From: Acaryochloris marina MBIC11017
Lineage (GTDB): Bacteria > Cyanobacteriota > Cyanobacteriia > Thermosynechococcales > Thermosynechococcaceae
Assembly: GCF_000018105.1 (NCBI RefSeq)
Contig: NC_009925.1
Span: forward strand, 4,290,001 to 4,322,000
Direction of reading: 5' to 3'
Length of the DNA stretch: 32,000 nucleotides
The notes under the pieces are model-generated. The model was not told the origin of the DNA. It did not search any database and worked only from the letters and a program-made list of their open reading frames with translations. Position 1 is the stretch's first letter. Every line of letters starts with the position of its first letter. Positions 27,678 to 32,000 of this stretch are shown here, piece after piece. The translations under genes and the position numbers were made by a program.

Positions 27678-28043
27678 ATGGATCCTATGATGCTTATTTT
27701 GACAGCTCTGGTTACTGGGGCTGCTAAAGTCGCAGGTGATGCTGCACCTGATGCTTACAAGGGATTAAAAGCACTTATTCAAAAGAAGGTTGTGGGGAAA
27801 CCAGAAGCAGAAATGGCATTAGCGAAATATGAAGAAAAACCGGATGTCTGGGAAGAACCTCTAAAGGATGCACTAGCTGAGTCGGGTATTGATAAAGACG
27901 AAGAAATTCTCAAGGCTGCACAGGAGTTGTTAGAACAGCTGCAGCCTGGAAAAACAGTGTCTGGGACTATCAATATTGGCCAGGGTGCTAAGGGAAATAT
28001 TGGCCAAAACGTCATAGGATCAAAGATTGGAATAATCAAGTAG
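27678..28043 (+). CDS. Small helical protein (Bell/HeLo-like candidate) ending in the motif shared with the STAND NTPase
   Basis: RBS aggag, ATG at 27678, 121 aa. It has a hydrophobic N-terminal helix (MDPMMLILTALVTGAAKVAG), a charged helical middle, and the C-terminus TINIGQGAKGNIGQNVIGSKIGIIK. Confidence 0.75.
   Translation: MDPMMLILTALVTGAAKVAGDAAPDAYKGLKALIQKKVVGKPEAEMALAKYEEKPDVWEEPLKDALAESGIDKDEEILKAAQELLEQLQPGKTVSGTINIGQGAKGNIGQNVIGSKIGIIK
27973..28009. repeat. Right copy of the 37-nt perfect inverted repeat (codes for the small-protein C-terminal motif)
   Basis: atattggccagggtgctaagggaaatattggccaaaa. It is in the same codon phase as the left copy. Confidence 0.9.
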
Positions 28044-28223
28044 TGTCATAACTTATTGCGAGATGTCGGAAGTTTGGGGGAAACTCGACATAATTTACAC
28101 CACTGAATATGAATCCACAGATCTAGGGCTATTTCCAGTTCACCAGAGGTAACTCAAAAACATTAGCAATTCATGAGATAGCAATCATGTTATGGAAAGT
28201 CTGGGTACACAAGAATCTTGGTT

Positions 28224-28647
28224 TCAGATTTTCTTGCAAAAACTTGAAATAGCCTTGCCCACGAAACACTGCATTAGATTGAGCAGGTAAAGATTGACCT
28301 TATAAATTTCCCACTCATCCCCCTCTGCATCGGTGACCCAGGCTTTGTCTTACAGGGCATAGTAGCAAGTAGTTTGATTGTCTGAACAGACTGGTAGGCT
28401 TAGCTTTGCTAAGCCTACCTCTTTCTTTTGCAACCTGCTCCTATGACTCCACTTCAATGCCCACGTGGTTTAACTTGCTGGTGGCTGTGGAGTTTTCGAA
28501 TAACACCAGTTTGAGTGGCGGGTTTGCGATCGCAAAGTTGGTATACCCAGGTCGACGCTTGGCCGGTTCAGTGGCAAATAGTTTGCTGTAAAAACGAGTA
28601 GCCGCTTCCAGGTCTTTGACATTAAGGGCGAGTTGGATGCGAGACAT
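28224..28647 (-). pseudogene. ArsI/CadI-family (VOC/glyoxalase fold) gene, decayed
   Basis: The N-terminal 68 codons MSRIQLALNVKDLEAATRFYSKLFATEPAKRRPGYTNFAIANPPLKLVLFEN...LNHVGIEVES match the CadI/ArsI family and end at a TAG (28441-43). The homologous C-terminal part continues in another frame (TTCYYAL*DKAWVTDAEGDEWEIYKV) with an in-frame TAA at 28350-52. Confidence 0.75.
28393..28419. repeat. Perfect 12-bp-arm palindrome inside the pseudogene
   Basis: ggtaggcttagc ttt gctaagcctacc, followed on the plus strand by tctttcttttg. It lies within the interval (about 28370-28415) where the pseudogene changes frame. Confidence 0.6.
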
Positions 28648-28742
28648 TGTTTGATCTCCAGCGCTAACTTTTTGATGGCTTCACTCCTATAGACGAGACC
28701 CTTCCGTCAAAGACGCATCCGTTCCCTGGATAGACCGCTTCA

Positions 28743-29603
28743 TCACTTTTTCTTGCGTTTTTTGTTCTTGGGTTTCACAGCCCCAAACCCCGTCGTTTTC
28801 TTTCCTGACTTTTTCCGGTTCTGGGATAAAGCACCTTTGCTAAAGTCGGGTAATTTGCTCTGTTCCCGTGCCAACTCAGTGGTCATATTTGCCAATCGAC
28901 GGATTTGCTCCATCCACTCTGGTTCCTGATGCTGAAGTTCTTCTGGAGAAAAGTCTGCTTCTGTTGCCAGTCCTAGCGCAATCTGCACTCTTGCCCAGCT
29001 GCCACAGAACATTTCGTCCATTGGGCCTTCCTTGTAAGCCCGTTCAATTACACTGACGGCTCCAGTCGCTTTTAAGTTGATTAACTCGACAACTAAACTT
29101 GCATTCGTCTCCGCTGCTTGTTCCTTATGACGAGCTAGCGCTGTCGTTAATTCATCAATGCATTCTTGGCGATAATCAGGGTTTAGTTGAGCAATTTTGG
29201 TGAGTCCTGAAGCGGCCGTAGAGATCCCTAGCCAAGGACGTTCCCCCTCAGCTAGATAACCCGAGAGTATGGGAATACAGGTTGGGCCTATTTTTCCCAA
29301 GATCGTGGGCAACTCTTCTCTTAAAAAGTCATACTCACTATCAAAGAAAGCCAACAGTGCTTGAATCGCTTTCTCTGTTTTGAGTTGACCTAATGCACGA
29401 CAAGCATGCATGGGGGAATAGCCCTCTCCCTCATCATCCCAGTTCAAGTCTTCTTCAGCAGCGAGCCGGCTGAGTTCAGGGATATGAGCTTCTGTAAATC
29501 CAAAGTTTTGGAGATAATCAATAGCCTCGGGGCTATTTAAATCTTCTGGATATCCTAGAGTGAGGAGTTGGGCTACAGGATCTTGGTACGCAGGGATAGG
29601 CAT
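28743..29603 (-). CDS. DUF1186-like protein with a Lys-rich C-terminal tail
   Basis: 286 aa. The stretch HIPELSRLAAEEDLNWDDEGEGYSPMHACRALGQLKTEKAIQALL...EELPTILGKIGPTCIPILSGYL resembles DUF1186 proteins from memory. The tail is KPKNKKRKKK. Confidence 0.6.
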   Translation of the reverse strand: MPIPAYQDPVAQLLTLGYPEDLNSPEAIDYLQNFGFTEAHIPELSRLAAEEDLNWDDEGEGYSPMHACRALGQLKTEKAIQALLAFFDSEYDFLREELPTILGKIGPTCIPILSGYLAEGERPWLGISTAASGLTKIAQLNPDYRQECIDELTTALARHKEQAAETNASLVVELINLKATGAVSVIERAYKEGPMDEMFCGSWARVQIALGLATEADFSPEELQHQEPEWMEQIRRLANMTTELAREQSKLPDFSKGALSQNRKKSGKKTTGFGAVKPKNKKRKKK

Positions 29604-29676
29604 AGCTTCAATGACAGAAATCGCGTCAATAGTAGCGTAGACTCAGTCGGCTTTGAATGCCAGTGCGGATTGTGCA

Positions 29677-30177
29677 TCAACAAAGTGTGGGATAGGAAGC
29701 TAAGTCTTGCCATCTCCAAGGACGCTCCGTCAATCCAGCTCGTTGGGCAGCCGTGTTCTTGAATCGAGAGTGGCACCAAATCCAGTTGAAATAGCTCAGC
29801 ACCAATCTTAAAGTCATCGCACTCTGTTGCCAGACTTTGCCAAACTTATTCTGTCGTCGATGCCAACGCCCGGTCTGCTGACGCACGATGCCATTGGTCC
29901 GCTCTAAGCGTTGGGTCAGGGCTTTACTCACTTCATGGACGACCTCATCGGGTAATTGTCGTGCGTACCCTTCCCAACCATCCGTTTGCCAATGATGACA
30001 GGCGGTTTTGCCCTCAGTATTTTCAATCAATTCTTGAGCTAGCTCGTCGGTATGTTTGCCAATACGGCCACTGAGCACGAGACCACTCTCTTTCGCAAGA
30101 CTCAATGCTATCCAGCAGTCGCCTACCCTCAACTCCTTCGGCTCACAGTGCTTTTGCTTTTTTTGACAAAGGACCAC
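29677..30177 (-). CDS. insB: IS1-family InsB (DDE part), expressed as an InsAB fusion by a -1 frameshift
   Basis: An A7 run (30158..30164) lies in the overlap with insA. Motifs include CWIALS, WQTDGWEGY and TQRLERTNGIVRQQTGRWHRRQNKF. Confidence 0.85.
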   Translation of the reverse strand: MVLCQKKQKHCEPKELRVGDCWIALSLAKESGLVLSGRIGKHTDELAQELIENTEGKTACHHWQTDGWEGYARQLPDEVVHEVSKALTQRLERTNGIVRQQTGRWHRRQNKFGKVWQQSAMTLRLVLSYFNWIWCHSRFKNTAAQRAGLTERPWRWQDLASYPTLC

Positions 30178-30506
30178 AACTCATCTGCATTAATGACGTC
30201 GGTCGCAACGGCCTGAACTTCCCCATTGTGAATCATTTGGGATTTATGACTCGCTGAACGAACCACACTCACACAAGTGTTATACGCTACACCCGTGATG
30301 CGAGAGAGTCCTCGTAGACTACTCCCTTCAACATGAGCTTGAAGGATGGTCTGGATCGTTTCAGGAGAGATCTGACGGCGATAACACAGGGTGTCAAAGG
30401 TCTCACTAAAGGTCTGTTGACAGTGGGGGCAACGGTAACGTTGACTGCCTTTGCTGGTCTTGCCATGTTTGTGGGTTTTAGGATGACCACATAGAGGACA
30501 TTGCAT
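30129..30506 (-). CDS. insA: IS1-family InsA (zinc finger plus HTH)
   Basis: MQCPLCGHPKTHKHGKTSKGSQRYRCPHCQQTF..., ending after DELWSFVKKSK. ATG at 30506. Confidence 0.85.
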   Translation of the reverse strand: MQCPLCGHPKTHKHGKTSKGSQRYRCPHCQQTFSETFDTLCYRRQISPETIQTILQAHVEGSSLRGLSRITGVAYNTCVSVVRSASHKSQMIHNGEVQAVATDVINADELWSFVKKSKSTVSRRS

Positions 30507-30677
30507 GAGGAAATAAAACAACTCGACTCCCTATCGGTTTAACAAACCCACACTTCTTTGATGCACGACCCCAGTGCGACCTCATAAACATACCCTGATC
30601 TAGCCACGATCAAGGGGTGTTCCCCTGACACTGCTCGTTCCGAAAATTGTTATCCACTGTGTCATGCTTTTCCTTTT

Positions 30678-31340
30678 CTAAGCTGCTTTGGTTGCCACAA
30701 TAAATGCGACCTTTCCCGAGCCCAGCTGCCAGGTGAACTCACTGGGTTGCCAGGGTTGCTCAACCTCAAAGCCTGCATCCGTCAAACTTTGCTCCAACTC
30801 TTGTACCGAAAAGACCCTGACCAGTGGAAATAGCCGCAGAAATTTGCCAATGGGGGCAACCACCTTTAGCCAATCCATCGTTCCTCCCAGGCACACCGTA
30901 CTCGTAATAAACCGTCCACCCGGTTTGAGTATGTTGTAGACCTTGGCAATTTCGGTTTCCTTGTCTTTCAGTAAATGCAAAACGTTTAGACCCAGCACCA
31001 CATCAATGCTTTGATTAGGGAGGCTCAACTCGTCAATGCTGGCTTGCTCAAAGGTGACGTTTTGGATGTTCTGGGCCTCGGCTTTGGACCGGGCGATTTT
31101 TATCATGTTGGCTGAAAAATCAATCGCCCGAATATGCTTCACATGGGGCGCATGAATCAAAGCAGTAGAGCCGGTGCCACAGCCAAATTCCAGGACCTCC
31201 ATATCTGGCTGTAGGTACTTTTGCGTCACTTCTAGCTTTTTTTCGTAAGTGGCCTGATCGGCAATGGGCTGCTTGGCATAGCTATCAGCAACTTTGTCCC
31301 AAAACTGCATCGACTGAGTCATAAGCATCTCCTTGGTCAT
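30678..31340 (-). CDS. Class I SAM-dependent methyltransferase
   Basis: 220 aa. Motif I is VLEFGCGTGSTAL, with AIDFS, VLGLNVLHLL and LKPGGRF. Confidence 0.85.
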   Translation of the reverse strand: MTKEMLMTQSMQFWDKVADSYAKQPIADQATYEKKLEVTQKYLQPDMEVLEFGCGTGSTALIHAPHVKHIRAIDFSANMIKIARSKAEAQNIQNVTFEQASIDELSLPNQSIDVVLGLNVLHLLKDKETEIAKVYNILKPGGRFITSTVCLGGTMDWLKVVAPIGKFLRLFPLVRVFSVQELEQSLTDAGFEVEQPWQPSEFTWQLGSGKVAFIVATKAA

Positions 31341-31403
31341 GCGATGAGAACGCGATTCGGTGGCTACGAGTCGTCATGGGGAACGATGGGATATCTGGCT
31401 GAG

Positions 31404-31802
31404 TTAAGCAACTTGTGGAATCGGAGGGTGTTCGGTATAAACCGATGGGATATCCCAGGCTTCCGCAATACAGCCATTGACCATTCGCCACACTACAACA
31501 GCATCCAGCTCGATGGGTTGCCCGTTCAACATCATCCGATCTTTGACATGGGTGACGATCAGCTCATCGCCCACTGCCGTAACGGAGATGGGTTCAACCT
31601 GAAAGGTTCCTGCTGTCAGCGTTTCCAATACCTCAAAGAAGGCTTGCAGGCCCGCTAACCCCACATAGTCCCCCTCAATATCGGGGAGGTGGGGATTGAA
31701 AAAATGCCAAACAAAACCAGGGGCAAACAGCGTTGGGTCTGCAGCCAGGTTACTCGGATCTAGTCGTCTAAATATAGAGATATTGGGGTGCTCCCGCCTC
31801 AT
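31404..31802 (-). CDS. SnoaL/NTF2-like fold protein
   Basis: About 132 aa from the ATG at 31802 (MRREHPNISIFRRLDP...). The pattern GDELIVTHVKDRMMLNGQPIELDAVVVWRMVNGCIAEAWD is typical of SnoaL-like proteins. The track start at 31856 is upstream and in frame. Confidence 0.7.
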   Translation of the reverse strand: MRREHPNISIFRRLDPSNLAADPTLFAPGFVWHFFNPHLPDIEGDYVGLAGLQAFFEVLETLTAGTFQVEPISVTAVGDELIVTHVKDRMMLNGQPIELDAVVVWRMVNGCIAEAWDIPSVYTEHPPIPQVA

Positions 31803-32000
31803 ATTCCATCTCCCAGCTGAATTTTGATCAAGGATTGAACGCTGATGTTGCAGCACTTCAGAAATGATGGTGCAACATGCAACGCACTCTAAGATCCTAG
31901 TATTTCTAACTCGGCTTTATCAAGCTGGCAATACTATTAGAAATAGTCCCTGTAAAAACTAATAGCTTTTCTATTTTTATCTGCCATCCCCCATAAATTA

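Larger units (their letters stand above)
29668..30570 (-). mobile_element. IS1-family insertion sequence (903 bp) with an 8-bp target site duplication
   Basis: Terminal inverted repeats are gattgtgcatcaacaaagtgtggg (left) and cccacacttctttgatgcacgacc (right), matching at 20/24. They are flanked by direct repeats ccagtgcg at 29660-67 and 30571-78. The element carries insA and insB with an A7 slippery run. Confidence 0.85.

Noticed and set aside
22905-28223. A search for integrase genes, tRNA genes, att-like direct repeats or a toxin-antitoxin pair that would define the accessory patch as a classical genomic island or prophage remnant.
   Set aside because: None was found by eye. The patch is flagged only on composition, HIP1 absence and gene content.
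28393-28430. A hairpin plus T-rich tract that could serve as the rho-independent terminator of the 121-aa small-protein gene.
   Set aside because: It lies 350 nt downstream of that gene's stop and inside the arsI/cadI pseudogene. The structure is real, but assigning it as that gene's terminator is not supported.
28406-28591. A 61-aa plus-strand ORF.
   Set aside because: It is antisense to the recognisable ArsI/CadI N-terminal coding region.

Overview
This looks like a cyanobacterial chromosomal segment. The evidence is eight perfect HIP1 octamers (GCGATCGC) in the core parts, a PEP-CTERM protein, a phytol-kinase-like gene, and cyanobacterial-type pgi and thiO. I see about 30 coding regions. 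Housekeeping and core genes are a partial LivM-type permease, pgi, an FHA protein, an AEC transporter, yaaA, a hybrid sensor kinase, an ABC exporter, a GNAT, a phytol kinase-like protein, thiO, tsaC, two SAM methyltransferases, and DUF1186-like and SnoaL-like proteins. There are three IS elements. One IS630-family copy splits an AT-rich acyltransferase_3 gene. A second IS630-family copy, with a split transposase, interrupts a PEP-CTERM protein gene. An IS1-family copy has an 8-bp target duplication and an A7 frameshift site. An ArsI/CadI-family gene is decayed to a pseudogene. The most interesting locus is an AT-rich, HIP1-free patch at about 22.9-28.2 kb. It encodes a secreted alpha/beta-hydrolase-like protein, a 1115-aa STAND P-loop NTPase with a TM helix and 11 near-identical WD40 units, and a divergently transcribed 121-aa helical protein. 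The 121-aa protein's C-terminal 18 residues (INIGQGAKGNIGQNVIGS) are 17/18 identical to the N-terminus of the STAND protein. They are encoded by a 37-nt perfect inverted DNA repeat flanked by almost exclusively synonymous differences. I interpret this as an NLR-like, amyloid-motif-coupled (Bell/BASS-like) cell-death or conflict module. Recombination between the two repeat copies would also produce an in-frame effector-NLR fusion. All calls come from reading the sequence and the ORF track; no database search was possible.
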